Of a stretch of DNA of 64,000 bases, positions 11,691 to 25,165 are shown one piece after another. How positions within the stretch are numbered: the first letter of the stretch is position 1; each line of letters begins with the position of its first letter. Both the position numbers and the translations under genes were made by a program. The DNA comes from Azolla caroliniana (Eukaryota; Plantae; Polypodiophyta). The stretch spans positions 992,001-1,056,000 of the forward strand of contig JBHGNT010000009.1 in assembly GCA_043228905.1 (NCBI GenBank), given 5' to 3'. The notes under the pieces are model-generated. The model was given only the letters and a program-made list of their open reading frames with translations. It did no database searches and had not been told where the DNA came from.

Positions 11691-14600
11691 ATGGCGTCTG
11701 GACAATTGTTTTCGCGGAAAACACAGGCGTTATTCTACAATTACAAGCAGCTCCCCATTCAGCGGATGCTTGATTTTGATTTCCTCTGTGGTAAGTTACA
11801 CACATGCATACACACATATCTGTATATCACCAAGTGTTGCTGTATTCTCTCTTGATATGGAAGCTACTTCTATGAGTAATCGTAGTAAATCAGATGTGTA
11901 TGATATCACTCAAAGTGTAGACAGTTCTACATGCTCATATGTGTGTATCAATGATCATGCTTATAGTCGCTTCTTTGATGAATCATGTTAAGAGCTATAT
12001 ATCACTGAGTGTGGTTGTGTGTATGTATGTTCATGTTGAGATTTCTTCTTTGACTATCACAAAGTTGATGCAGACAATAATCATTCTCTCTTTATATGTG
12101 TATTCGTATTATAATTATTTGTTAGATGAATTTCTTATGCAAATCTTCTGCTGATTGATATTTTGAACCCATTTTTTACTATAATCATGAGTAGATGATG
12201 TATTGGTAGAATGCAATAGCATACCAAATACCTATATTTTCTGGGATCTCAAGAAAACAGCTAATTTGGTATTGTTAATTCGTGGTTGGTTACTCTTAGG
12301 AAGAGAAACTCCATCAGTGGCTGGAATCATCAACCCTGGTTCTGAAGGTTTTCAAAAGCTATTTTTCGGACAGGAGGAGATTGCTATTCCCGTGCATTCA
12401 AGGTCTTCATGCCATTTCATTCCTGATCAAAGATGGCAAATTTTCTCTCTATGCCCCCAATTTTCTCACCAATAAGTTATATTTTTGCAGTATCAAAGAT
12501 GCATGCAAGGCTCACTCAACAGCTGATGTGTTCATCAATTTTGCTTCTTTTAGGAGGTTTGTGCGAGTTCTTTTTTTTAAACCATACTTCCTCTATACTT
12601 ATTGATGTGATGTTACAAATGTTTTAGACTATTAAAATACTAAATTTAAATGTGACAGTTCTTTAGCTGCCTCTACAGTTATATTGAAATATGGGAGTCC
12701 TTTAATTGCCTCTAATGCTACTGCTGAAATTTGCCAGTGCTTTTGCCTCTTCAATGGAAGCCCTCAAGCAGCCAACTATCAGAGTTATAGCGATTATCGC
12801 TGAAGGAGTACCAGAAGGGGACACAAAGAAGCTCATCGCATATGCCAAAGCAAATAACAAAGTAAGCTAATCTACCTTTTTAAGAACTCAAATGCAATTA
12901 TTAGAATGACGCATGCATTGAGAGATTAAATTCAGGGAAGAAAGAGGGTTTATTTATCACCAAGAAATCACAATATGTCAAGGTTTTTTTGAAAGTTTTG
13001 TCTATATATTCTTTATTATTGAGTTTTTTCAAAGATATGCAGCATATCACAATTAAATTAGGAAAGTTGATTATTCCCCTAGAGATAAGCTAGAAAAATT
13101 GTGAAAACAGGAAAAGCCTAGCCCAAAATTTCCACACTTTAGGATTTCATAATTCAAGTACTCTATATAGTGGTAAGTTTTTATTTTATTTTCATTTATT
13201 AAATTACTCTGCGGCACATGACAGGTTATTATTGGACCGGCAACTGTTGGTGGAATCCAAGCTGGTGCTTTTAAAATTGGTGACACAGCGGGTACACTTG
13301 AGAATATAGTGGAGAGCAAACTATATCGTCCGGGATCCGTTGGATTTGTCTCCAAATCTGTATGAGTTCCTAACTCATCACATGTGATAGTTTCTTGGTA
13401 TGGTTGTTCTGCTAGAAATGTATAATGACCAGCTTCTTTTACTTGGTTTTAGGGTGGTATGTCAAATGAGCTCTATAGGATAATCTCAAGGACCACGGAT
13501 GGGATATATGAAGGTATCCATCACGTTAATTTTTTATTATAAACATATACATTTTCTATAAGATTTGGAAATTTTGTATGACAGTTTCCATTTTCATTTT
13601 ATTTTTTGTATTTTTTTTCTAGGAATTGCAATTGGCGGTGATGTATTTCCTGGCTCAACCTTGTCAGACCATGTTTTAAGATATCAGAACATTCCACAGG
13701 TTTGGTTTTCTTTTCTTCAGGGAGATAGATAGAACACTATTTTGTTGTTATTTTTGTTTTGTCATTGTTTTTTGGTGTTTCAGAATATATAAAAATACTC
13801 CTAACTTTTCATACAATGCTCTGTATGAAAAGTTAGGACACTGGATGAAGGTTACAACTGTTTTTGTTAGTTTGTCAATGCAAGTGACAAAAGAACCATG
13901 TCTTTCTATTCTAGCTTCTGAAAACTAAATGGTTTTGGGAATTTGGACTAATGAGGGGTATTCTTGGAATTCTGAAATGATTGGGGTATTTTGGATAGTT
14001 TGGCATATTTGTGAATAATGATGAACTTTCAGATCAAAATGGTGGTGGTACTTGGTGAGCTTGGGGGTCAAGATGAATACTCTCTTGTAGAAGCTTTGAA
14101 GCAGGGCAAGGTAACAAAACCAGTGGTTGCATGGGTCAGCGGTACATGTGCACGGCTATTCAAATCGGAGGTTCAATTTGGTCATGCTGTAAGTTCTCAT
14201 ATTCTTCACGACTTCATGAACTTCAAGAAATGTTGCTACCAAATAGAAGTTTGTTGTTTTGAGCAACTATTCTAGCCTGTAAATTCTGTACAATATAAAA
14301 ATCAAAATTATGTCTATAGGGTGCAAAGAGTGGTGGTGATTCGGAATCTGCCCAAGCAAAGAATAGCGCTCTTCAAGAAGCTGGTGCTTTTGTGCCAACG
14401 TCTTTTGAGAGTTTCGAACCATTAATTAAGAAGACGTATGAACACCTTGTTGAAGAAGGTGTAATTGTACCCATTCCTGACTTCAAGCCTCCTCCAGTAC
14501 CACAAGATTTAAATGCAGCTATCAAAGCTGGAAAAGTGCGAGCGCCAACTCATATCATCTCAACCATTTGCGATGATAGAGGTTAGTTTCTCTTATTGCT

Positions 14601-16715
14601 CAAGAGTCGACCTATAATAATGCAGTTTTTAAATTTGGTTACATTTTGTTTACCACAAAGGTCTGGTGATTTTGCAGGCGAGGAAGCTACATATGCAGGG
14701 GTTAAGATGTCAACATTGATTGAGAATGATAATGGTATTGGGGATGTCATCTCTCTTCTCTGGTTCAAACGCAGTCTTCCTCGCTACTGCACAAAATTCA
14801 TCGAGGTGTGCTTCTAAATACTATTTCTGCATCATCCCTTCCCATTATGCATATTCTGTAGAGTGATATATTTAATCATCAATATAGGTCAACCTATGAT
14901 ATAGTCTTTGCATGCCATGCACGTATCAGTATGAGATCTGCCTGGACCCTTTGTTGAATCAGAAATTAACTCTGAAAGTTGAAACAATTTCTTTTACCCA
15001 ATGAAAGGATATTACACTTAATTCCCTCTGCCAGCTATCAGTCCAACGTCGCATCAGAAACAATATGTATTACCAAGCCGTTGGTTGAAACAGAGATGGG
15101 TTTTGAAAAATTTGTATTTTTTAATTAAATTGGAACTGAAGTAGTTCTTTATTGACTCCTTAGGAAGAAGGCATCATATACGAGACTATGTACCAGGCTT
15201 TACAATTACTAATCTTAGTACATTGCTTAGCCTTGGGAGCAGTTTCACAATTCACATTCTTAGTTGAAGGGGTGGTTCGCATAGCTTATAGATTCTGTAA
15301 ATTGCTATGACTTACTAACCAAATTGCTTAGGATTAAAACCGTTTATAAGTAAGCTCATACAATAGGTGTTACTATTACAACCCAAGTAAATTGCATAGC
15401 ATTAGAAGCATTTTCTCAAATCACATTAAATTTTAAGTATTTAGGTTGATGGATAAAGTGCTATGCCTTTCTAACCCAAGTAAATTGCTGAAGATTAGAA
15501 GCATTTTCTCAAATCACATTTTAAATTTAATGGTTTATTTAGCTTATAGATGGGTTAAATTATTGTCTTTCAAACCTGACTGACTAAATTGCTTGGCATC
15601 AGAAAATTTCACAGCTCACATTCCAATGCTAAAAGATGTTTGTTTGCTTGTAGATGTGCATAATGCTATGTGCGGATCACGGGCCATGTGTCTCTGGTGC
15701 TCATAACACGATTGTTACAGCTCGAGCAGGAAAGGATCTTGTGTCAAGCTTGGTCTCAGGTTTTGCAACTATTCTCTTATGATCTGGCAGAATTCTTACC
15801 AAATTAGTGAGTTTGTTTTGAGTTTGCTTCTCAGTTTTGTTTATGATGATCTGTATTGTTTTCAATTTCAATAGGTCTTCTCACAATTGGCCCCCGATTT
15901 GGTGGAGCTATTGATGATGCTGCTCGATATTTTAAGGATGCATGTGACAAGGTATGTAATGCTTTTTTTTTCTGACTTTTCAACGTGAGGTTTCGTTGCT
16001 CATAATCACAGTTTGATAGTTGTGCTCCTGTTTCTTTGTTTTTTCTTCACTTCAGAATCTTTCTCCTTATGAGTACGTTGAATCAATGAAAAAGAAGGGT
16101 ATTCGAGTGCCTGGAATTGGTCATAGGTTCGTGTGAATTATTCCTCAACAATTTCTAGCTTTATGAGTCTTCAAGTTCAATTAGGTTTATAATATTTCTA
16201 GTTTTTTGATATCAACAGAATAAAGAGTGCAGACAATAAGGACAAGAGAGTGGAGCTTCTACACGAATATGGCCGAACATATTTCCCGTCCATAAAATAT
16301 TTGGAATATGCACTCCAAGTAGAGAAATACACACTTACCAAAGCGAACAACCTTGTCTTAAACGTAGATGGGTGTATTGGTTCCCTTTTCCTGGATTTGC
16401 TGGTTAGCAGTGCGATGTTCACCCAACAAGAAATCGATGAGATCGTGGAGATTGGCTATCTCAATGGTCTCTTTGTGCTTGCACGAACAGTTGGATTGAT
16501 AGGGTATAAATTTGTCTTTGAAACTTTTTTTTCATTTTATCTACATTTTTTTCTAGCAATTTTATGAAATAGTAAATGTTTCCTTCCTTTCTTTTGTCTG
16601 CATTTTTTTTAACATTTACTTTGTAATGTAATCTTGTAGCCATACATTCGATCAGAAAAGACTCAAGCAACCACTATATCGCCATCCATGGGAGGATGTC
16701 CTTTACACAAAGTGA
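11691..16715 (+). CDS. ACLB: ATP-citrate lyase subunit B (ATP-citrate synthase beta chain), 608 aa
   Basis: Exons 11691-11790, 12300-12402, 12491-12556, 12738-12861, 13225-13359, 13453-13513, 13623-13699, 14033-14188, 14320-14581, 14678-14805, 15654-15759, 15875-15951, 16056-16126, 16219-16503, 16640-16715; all introns GT..AG; total 1827 nt. Protein runs [31 protein letters not shown]...FGHAGA (catalytic His)...[11 protein letters not shown]...[12 protein letters not shown], the same length and motifs as Arabidopsis ACLB. Confidence 0.98.
13799..13838. repeat. Perfect 17-bp inverted repeat in ACLB coding intron 7
   Basis: TCCTAACTTTTCATACA-atgctc-TGTATGAAAAGTTAGGA. Confidence 0.9.
15220..15625. 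repeat. Degenerate tandem repeat of about 90 bp in ACLB coding intron 10
   Basis: AACCCAAGTAAATTGC....ATTAGAAGCATTTTCTCAAATCACATT at about 15380 and 15473, with weaker units on either side. Confidence 0.7.
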
Positions 16716-17259
16716 GAAAAGAAACACCACATATTATTTGTTAGGGATTTCTTCGGTGGTCTTATGGAGGAGGAAGGGAAGATTCTTTCATCTTCACAAT
16801 TAACGTTTTAAGTAAAGAAGTAGTTGTATCGTAAGTGGAATTTCACTCTGGTGAGATGCAATAAACATGACGAATGCAAAGAGTTCCTTTTTTTCTTTTT
16901 TCTATTTCATGTTTAACCGAGTTGTCAGCGAGCAAAGAATTGTTTGCATTCTTTCTTTTGTTGTCGGGGTTCATTCCTTTCACCACCATTTTCATGGGAA
17001 AGACTTTGTCAAAACATAAATTTTCAAATAATATATTAAAAAGCCTTCAGCAATCTCGTATTTTTGATAAGACATGTTTTTTGGTCTTCTTTTATACAAT
17101 CTATGTACGAGAAATATTCCTTGCTGATCCATAAGGATTGACTATGTTTCCAGTGGAAATTTCTGGCTACATTCTGGTAAATGTTTTGCGAAACAGACAT
17201 TATATGAAGGTATATTAAAATACACTATCTACAAAATTGAACCTGTCCTGCGATACCTA

Positions 17260-17765
17260 ACATAAGTGCTTGTTAGATCCACAGATCTGTTGATCGAAAC
17301 TTTCTAAAGTGCATGAGAATGATACCGTGCCATTCTTTGTAGGAGTTTTACCCGTCTTAATTTTTATTCTTTCTAATTTCTAACGTCTCATTCTTTTCTT
17401 ACCCTGACATAAGCACTTAATTAATCATCAGACATGATGTATATATTATATAGATCCAGATCCGTTGGTTGGAACTTGAGAAAATGCATGCCAAATTTCA
17501 GTCTTTCTAATGTTTCATTTTTTGCTTAGTATAAATTTCAGTCTTTCTAATGTTTCATTTTTTGCTTAGTATAGGATAAACACTTATTATTTATCTGTCG
17601 AATGCATGCCAAATTTCAGTCTTTCTAATGTCTCATTTTTTGCTTTGGATAGGATAAACACTTATTTGTCTGTCAAATTCAATGTATAATGCATATAGGT
17701 CCAGGTCTGGTGACGGGAACTTTTGAAAAAGCATAAGAATGGTACTACTAGTATGCCATTCATGT
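17260..17765. repeat. Nested local repeats in the ACLB/eIF1 convergent intergenic region
   Basis: AAATTTCAGTCTTTCTAATGT.TCATTTTTTGCTT occurs three times (about 17493, 17533, 17611) within larger degenerate units sharing TAG.TCC...CTG..GA..GAACTT. Confidence 0.75.
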
Positions 17766-18871
17766 AAGAATTTGTTTACATCTCACTATTCATCATATTT
17801 TTCTAAAGTCTTTGTAGTCGTATTATTGATCATATGCCGTTTTTCTTTATTGCCTTAAAAAGGTTTAGTTAGAGCCTCCATACTTGTCTTTGATTTCAGC
17901 CTTTACAAGTTTCTCTCTGTGGTTTATTTATACCTAAAGCCTAAGGCCTACCCTCTGCCATGGGATCAGCCCTGTCCCATATGTTATATATGTTCATATG
18001 TTCGATCCTTTAACAGATGGTTTAACATTCTATACCTAACACTACTAGTGATTATGAGGCAATATCATCTAGTTGTCATAGACATTAAACATCCTTGGTT
18101 AACATAAATATATTGGTTCGAAAAAGAAACCTAGTTATGCCATTTTGTGGACCCAAGTCATGTTAAAAATAAACCAGTCAAACCCTGCTTCAGAATTTTG
18201 GCATTAGTATGACGGTTTAAATGAAAATGGGAGATCTGGAACGTGAATGTTTTTGACATACATTACACATCATTTGCTCACGGAAGAGACCAGTATCCAT
18301 TTCATCTCCTTGGTACTCTATACTATCATCTCCCTGTCATAGGCATACAGGATAACCTAGTGTACATATATATACTTTCATAAAAATGCAAACAGGATAA
18401 CCGAGTATATCTATTTAGCCAGTCTTGAAACATGTACCACCAATTTTTTATTTTGACTAGGCCTGCCGGTGCATTAACCGCCATTGGAAGTGATATATTT
18501 TCATAAAATACCAATTCTTCATTTTGACTAGGTCTGACAATGCATTAACAGTCATTGAAAGTGATATATAATTTCATAAAACCGAAAGCAGGGTAACCTA
18601 GTGCAAACATTAAAGTCAAATATATTTCTCAGAACATTACAGACCATCAATCGCCTCAGTGGATGTGAATAAAACCTTGTGAAAGCTAAAAGAGGCCATA
18701 AACATGTCACATGTGTTGATGCACTAAAAGAGAGCAGATATCTTCATTCAAGTAGATGAAACATGAGGGCATTGTAACCCATACATTACAGGAAAAAACA
18801 ATAGTCTTATGTCACTTATCATATAATAGGGATGTCTGATAATTCATACAACTATAGCTTTGGGTTTACTC

Positions 18872-20174
18872 TCAAAAACCATGGATTTTGATGTTATCCT
18901 TCTTGACCAGCCCAGCCTGGAAATATATATAAAAAGAGGTGACGAACACATCATTAAGCACCATCTCCAAACTGTTTTGCCATAACATACTCACACAAAA
19001 ATCAAAATACTAAAAATAACACAATACCTGGACAAGAAACTGAGATACGTTCTTCCGCTGATCACCTTGAAGTTGAATCACCTATTTAGTATAATCAACC
19101 ATTAATAAAAAAGTGACTTAATCTACAAATACACCTTTTTAATCTGTCTCGATCTCTATATCTTCAAAATTGTCTATAATCTATAAAACTGCCTCGAAAT
19201 CAGCCTCTCTACTATGCCTTATATATACCTGGCCCAACTCAGGATCCTGCACAACAGTGCCATTGCAACAGAATTCCTTCTTGAAATCCTTGAGTATCTT
19301 GTTGTAATTATATTCCTTCCTCAACCCTTGGACAGTTGTCAAGCTTTTCCTACCATTGCGTTGTTGGGTGCGGACGTGCACGTACTCCTTTGTCCCAGCA
19401 TCCGAATCATCAGTGCTTGCATCTGCAAAGGGATCTATTATCACAAAAGGAGAGTCTGGTGTTAGGATTACGTATAAGATCTAAACCAACCAGAAACTCA
19501 AACCAAATATTGAACATTAACACAAGCAAAAACAAAACAGAGCTTCACAATAAGCAAGATTGGGTAAAAATTGCAAATTTATTAACGCTATAAAAATATC
19601 AAAAAGAGTTTCAGAATAAGAGAGATCGGTAAGGGTACATAACAATACCACAATGAAGTTTAAAACCATAAAAAAATGGAACAAATTCCTCGGTAAATTA
19701 GCCAGAAGAGAAAACAAACAAGGGAACAAGACTGAAGGTCATAAAAATGCACGGGAAAAAAGGTACACAGAACAAAATCACTCACATTGAAGATAACGGA
19801 AATCCTCTAGAAACACTGAAATACTTTCACACAGCCTAAATGAGCACCTAATCAGCTTAAATATCTAAAGGGAAAAACTGAGGCACTCCCTGGGTTTCCC
19901 ATTATATCTTCAATTGGACAAAATTGCCATTATTTACCCAAATGCCTTACCAACTGTGTAGAACACCAATATGCTCAATTGATCTACTACATCTCTCTCC
20001 CATGAATAGACCAGGGACAATTTTGGTAGAATTAAAAATACTGTATGAGTAAGTCATTCAGAGAATAATAAAAGGCACAGGACGATTTCCTAGTTTTTTC
20101 CATGATAAAAATGAGGTTAGAAAGAAGGAAGCTGTACCAAATGTGGCAACAGTCTGTAGATCGAGATCTGACAT
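18872..20174 (-). CDS. eIF1: Eukaryotic translation initiation factor 1 (SUI1 homolog), 113 aa
   Basis: Exons 20174-20138, 19434-19229, 19081-19028, 18916-18872 (342 nt, GT..AG). Protein MSDLDLQTVATFDPFADA...YVHVRTQQRNGRKSLTTVQG...KKEFCCNG...VIQLQGDQRKNV...IKIHGF*. Confidence 0.98.
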
Positions 20175-21543
20175 GAACTTTGATTGATTGCAAACGAACC
20201 CGAATGAACTCTCTTAGATGTGATTATAAAAATCAATCTACCAATATCTGTTACATATAACAAAACACCAATAATTAGAAAAATTTATGACTGGACACGG
20301 CTTCAAGTGACATTTTCTGCATAAACTATTGTAGCTATTGTTAACCACAAATAGAATGCCATGAAAGAAACAGAAATTTAGATTTCGTGTGACTCAGCCA
20401 GCAGAAACAATAAAAGGCAATTAGATCCAATACAAAAGCAGACCTACATGCATACATAAAAAAATTTGTCCATCAAATGTAACTGAGCATTAAACAAATT
20501 AATGATAAAAAAAACTATGCAACACAGAAGAAGAAAAAGGATGCCAAAAGATATCCTAGATTTTGAATAAAACAGCAACCATAAAGTGATCCGATGCAGA
20601 GAAGAGAAGCAAAAGATGAATATCCAAATTTAAAGATAAGAAAAAAGCACAACCTCTCATCAAATCATGAATCTCATGTAGAATAAGTGATTATAAAAAT
20701 AGTAAATCGAACGAAAAGAACTAGAAAAACAGGAAAATAATGAAGCGCGAGAAGAAAATAACCCTAGGAAATAGCAGTGGAAAGCTCCGAGAACACAGAT
20801 GATTGGAGTGGAATAAAACAGAGGATAAAGAAAATCTCATCGAAGGAAATAAGAACTAAAAATATTTTTTAAGAGAGCAAGAGTAAAGAGGAGATGGGCA
20901 ATTTTAAGACGCAGCAAAAAAAAAAATCAGAAGAACAGAGGGCAGAAGAAAACCCTAGACGAAGGGGAGGGGGTGGAAACAGAGAATGGATCATAATAAT
21001 ATGATATTATCCGAAAAAGAAGAAGAATCTAAGCCTTAAAAAAACAGAGCAGAGACCAGAAAAGAAAGTAAAGACGGATTCTTACAGGCGAACGGAAGAA
21101 AAACCCTAGGGAAAATTTTCAAAAAAAAAAAAAAAAACAGGGAGGAAGTAAAAGATGCTTACCAGACGGCTTTGGATCAGACGGAAGAAGAAAGCGTGAG
21201 ACAAAAAAAAGGAAGAAGAAGAAGAAGAAGAAGAGAAACCCTAAGAGCGAAAAAAGATGAGAAGAGAAAAGAAGGATGGAGGACACTAGTAGAGATCAAA
21301 AGCAGAAAAGCAGAGAATCAGAGAGGATTTGTGTGAAGGGATCTTACCAGAGCTCCAAAGGATGGATGGATGGATGGATGAATGGATGGAAGAACAGGAG
21401 CAGGAGATAAAAGAGGATGAAGATAGAGAAGCAGAGAATGATGGTAGTGGTACTAGTAGTAGTAGTGGGCGATTTTGTGCCCAAGGCCTCCAAATTTAGC
21501 AGAGGTAAAGTATGTATGTATGTATGTAAAAAGTAAAGGAAGG

Positions 21544-21580
<37 letters not shown>

Positions 21581-21800
21581 TCTGCTGCTTTTTTGACTGC
21601 TAATTTGGCCACCGCCTTCCTTCTTTTTCAGGTTTTTGTTATTTCCCCGCATACCCCCATAACCCCCCCCCATTAGCTAGCCTACCATTGATGAGCATTA
21701 ATCATCTATCTGGGCAGTGTCACTCACTCACTCACTACATATGTGTGAAATGCGGGGGGGCCGGGGGCCGGGGGCCGGGGGCGTCTACACACATACATAT
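20175..21800 (-). promoter_or_regulatory. eIF1 5' UTR/leader introns and promoter with three teloboxes
   Basis: Acceptor AACAG at 20248; GTAAG donors at 21347, 21162 and 21085; AAACCCTA at 20950, 21101 and 21236; (CT)n tract on the sense strand at about 21549-21576; G-rich tracts at 21645-21781. Confidence 0.65.
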
Positions 21801-24800
21801 ATGCCCCCTCGTGATTCCCGGTCACTTGATTTTTCTCCTAAACGCGCCCCCCCATGTCTGTTGCCCTGCCTCGGCTCCACCTTCCCCTCTCCCTCTGGTA
21901 TCGCCATTCTCCTCACATCCTCCTATGCTGATCTGGCTCGTTTCTCAGATTTTTTTGTCGGGGGACGGCCCTTTGGCTTCTCCCTTTCTCGAAAACAATA
22001 TGTATGTATATCTATCTGCCCACCCCCGACTCGGGCAGGATTCTCTTACGATTGATTAATTTAAACAGATAGATCTCTCTTCCCATCTACTACCCCCTTG
22101 CCTAGCAATGGGGTGTATTGTTGGACATATCGCTTCTTCAAAAAAAAAAATCGCCACTCCTAGCCTAGTTTCAAGAAATGGGCGATTTTTGGCATTCATT
22201 CAAAATAGTGTAATGACCAACCTCAGCTTCGCGCTTTCTTTGCTCAAATTTGCATGAGTAAGTTTTTGATATTTGTCAATAAAAAAAACTATTACGATTG
22301 GCCATGTTCTCAATTCTCTTACAGATAGTGCAATTTCGACTTCATATAACTTCGATCCCTTTCTTACATGATATCTTTCCGGACCGAAATGTTGAGAATA
22401 CTAAGTTGTCATATGCCAAATATACTTGTAGCCAAAAGGCCGTCTACATAGAAGAAATTTGGTGACAAGCATTCACTTCATCCCATTATGAATTCCTTTA
22501 TTAAATGGCTCCATCTCCGTGTGTGCATTAATGAGGATACCTACATTTGTATTTTAGTTTTTGAGTATTGATGCACCCAGGTCAACGTACATCAAAACTC
22601 TACCCTTATCGAGCTCACATATTTAACTGATGGCTTGTCAAAGTTTTGTGGAAAGTTATGGGCAACATTGTCAGTGGTCACCAACATCATCAAGTTATTG
22701 ACGTTGAGGGACAAAAATTGTGGGTTATTTCATGATATATAGGTAGTCAATGCATCTATATCATGATGGATTGTCATGAACTAAATAGTAGGTTGAAGTT
22801 GATGTTATCATTTTATATTATGCCCAATATTGTCTATATTATCATGGTGGTGTCGAACTTAATATGATGGTCCATGATAAAACACATTGTGAACGCATTG
22901 CCTTTATATCTCATATGTACATACATACATATATGGGGACTTTAGAGTCTAGACATCTAAAGAAATATTGTTTATAGAGAAACAAGTTTACATTGTGTAG
23001 TTTCGAATTCCATGATCGTATAGGTACTTGTAGTGTCACAACTCGAAGATCATTTTATTTAAGTCTTGAATAATAAATTTGATGTTACCATGTATGAAAG
23101 TTCTTCATAAATCTAGGGTTGGATCATGGCACATTAATAATTCCCTTGTAGAATACAGATTTATAGAATTGATGTTGTAACAACCCAAAATGATAGCAGT
23201 GCCCTTCAAATGAGGGGAAATTTTCAACAATATCGACTTCAATTAATTACATATAGATGTGTACAAGGATGGTCTCTAAATGTATCAGTTGGTCATTTGT
23301 GAAATAAATAGGTACAAGGTGTTAAGCACCTACCGCCTGATCTTGACACGTAGGCTTTGAATGAAACAATCCACAATCACAATAATCAATCGTTATTGCA
23401 TCGATTACAACTTTGGGGGCTTGATATGGATTGTGTCATATTTCAATGTTGAACATGACCTTTTAAAGTTAACATTTACGACATAATATCCCAATTTTCA
23501 CATTTTAACATCTTGTCTCTCCAACCTTAGTGCTGCTAGTAATCTAGATTATCAGATACATCATGACATCACATGAGAGCTGCAAAAGATCTTCCACTCC
23601 CCATCTTTTAAACCATTTCATACTGTGAAGGACCTAGCCATATGAAATGATTTTACTCTTGTTAGTTTTTTGTACCTTGCATCCTATGTTCCAAGCATGT
23701 TTTGACAGCATATGAACAAGCATGTTCTTGACCTTTGTGATAAACTCATACATGCATGGCTAGCACCCATATGGGCAAAGCACTCGTTTCTAAAAAGCAT
23801 GACATTATCAAATGTTGAGGTTTTAACTCTTAAGTGTCTACATAAGCGCAAATTTTGAATTTTCTATATTTCATTCCATTCATCAAGCAAGACATAAAGG
23901 GAATTTTGGACCACAACAAATTGAATAACATCAATCTTACTTCTCGTACTCGAGTATCACTTTGGTTGCATTGATTCTCGAACATATTATCAACATATAA
24001 GAGTATAAAAAGAAGCTATTCTATAGTTTTGGGATTCTTATTCTTTTCCAACATTCTTTGTTGTTTCTTCTATTTTATCATGCATAGACCAAAGAATGTA
24101 GAAGAGAGTGTACCCCTTTGCTTGATCCCCATGTTGCTTGAAAAGTACTTTGTGAAACCACTATACCATGTTCAATTGGCATCTAACTTGCTCATACAAT
24201 TGAGCAACAATTGATCTATACTCTAATGCCATTATTATCTCTATCATTTTTTTCAAAACCTCACTTCTTGGTATAGGGCTAAAGATATTCTAATAGTTTG
24301 CAAAACAACAACATAGCGTTTTTTCTCTTGAAGTTTTCTTCCATAATTACTCTTAGCGTAACCAAGTGATTGATAATGGATTGTTTTGATATGAAGCTTG
24401 CTTGATCAAGCATTCATTTGTGGTGATGTTCAACCCATGAGCTTATGTTTTGTTCCATTGTGTGTTATATAACTTGTCCATAATGGAGCATAATAGCTTG
24501 ATAGTTAAATATCAAATTTTTATCTCCTTTATGGATTTGTTTAATCCATTTCATAAGTTGATCTTTAGGAAAAGCCTTGCTTGATAACTTGAGCTATGAT
24601 AGTTGCTCTTCAATGGCAAGTTTGTGCTCGTCTATTTAAAGAGCCTTCAACACATATGCATATATGGTGTTTCCATAATGTCCATGCATATAAAGCTTAT
24701 ATAAAGCTTATTCCACCGTGCATATAAAGCTTATGTATGCATTATCAACCCTAACATTAAATGGGAGATTAGGCATTATATGTCCACCGACACATGCATT

Positions 24801-25058
24801 GAAACATTGATACCCTACCTTGAGAATGACATCTTCAATTGCTCACATTTTTTTTTCTAGATGTCTAGTGAAGGAGATGTTCATGACATGGCTCTCAACC
24901 TCATTTGTAAAGAGAGAGAAATAGAGATTTGTTGTTGTGAGTGATGGTGGTTACTCCCAATGATACTATGCCACATGGTTTAGGAAAAAGTGATATCCAA
25001 TACATTCGTAAAAAGTTAGGATATGAAGTTTGAATCCACGACTTTCGCGATTCTCACT

Positions 25059-25165
<107 letters not shown>

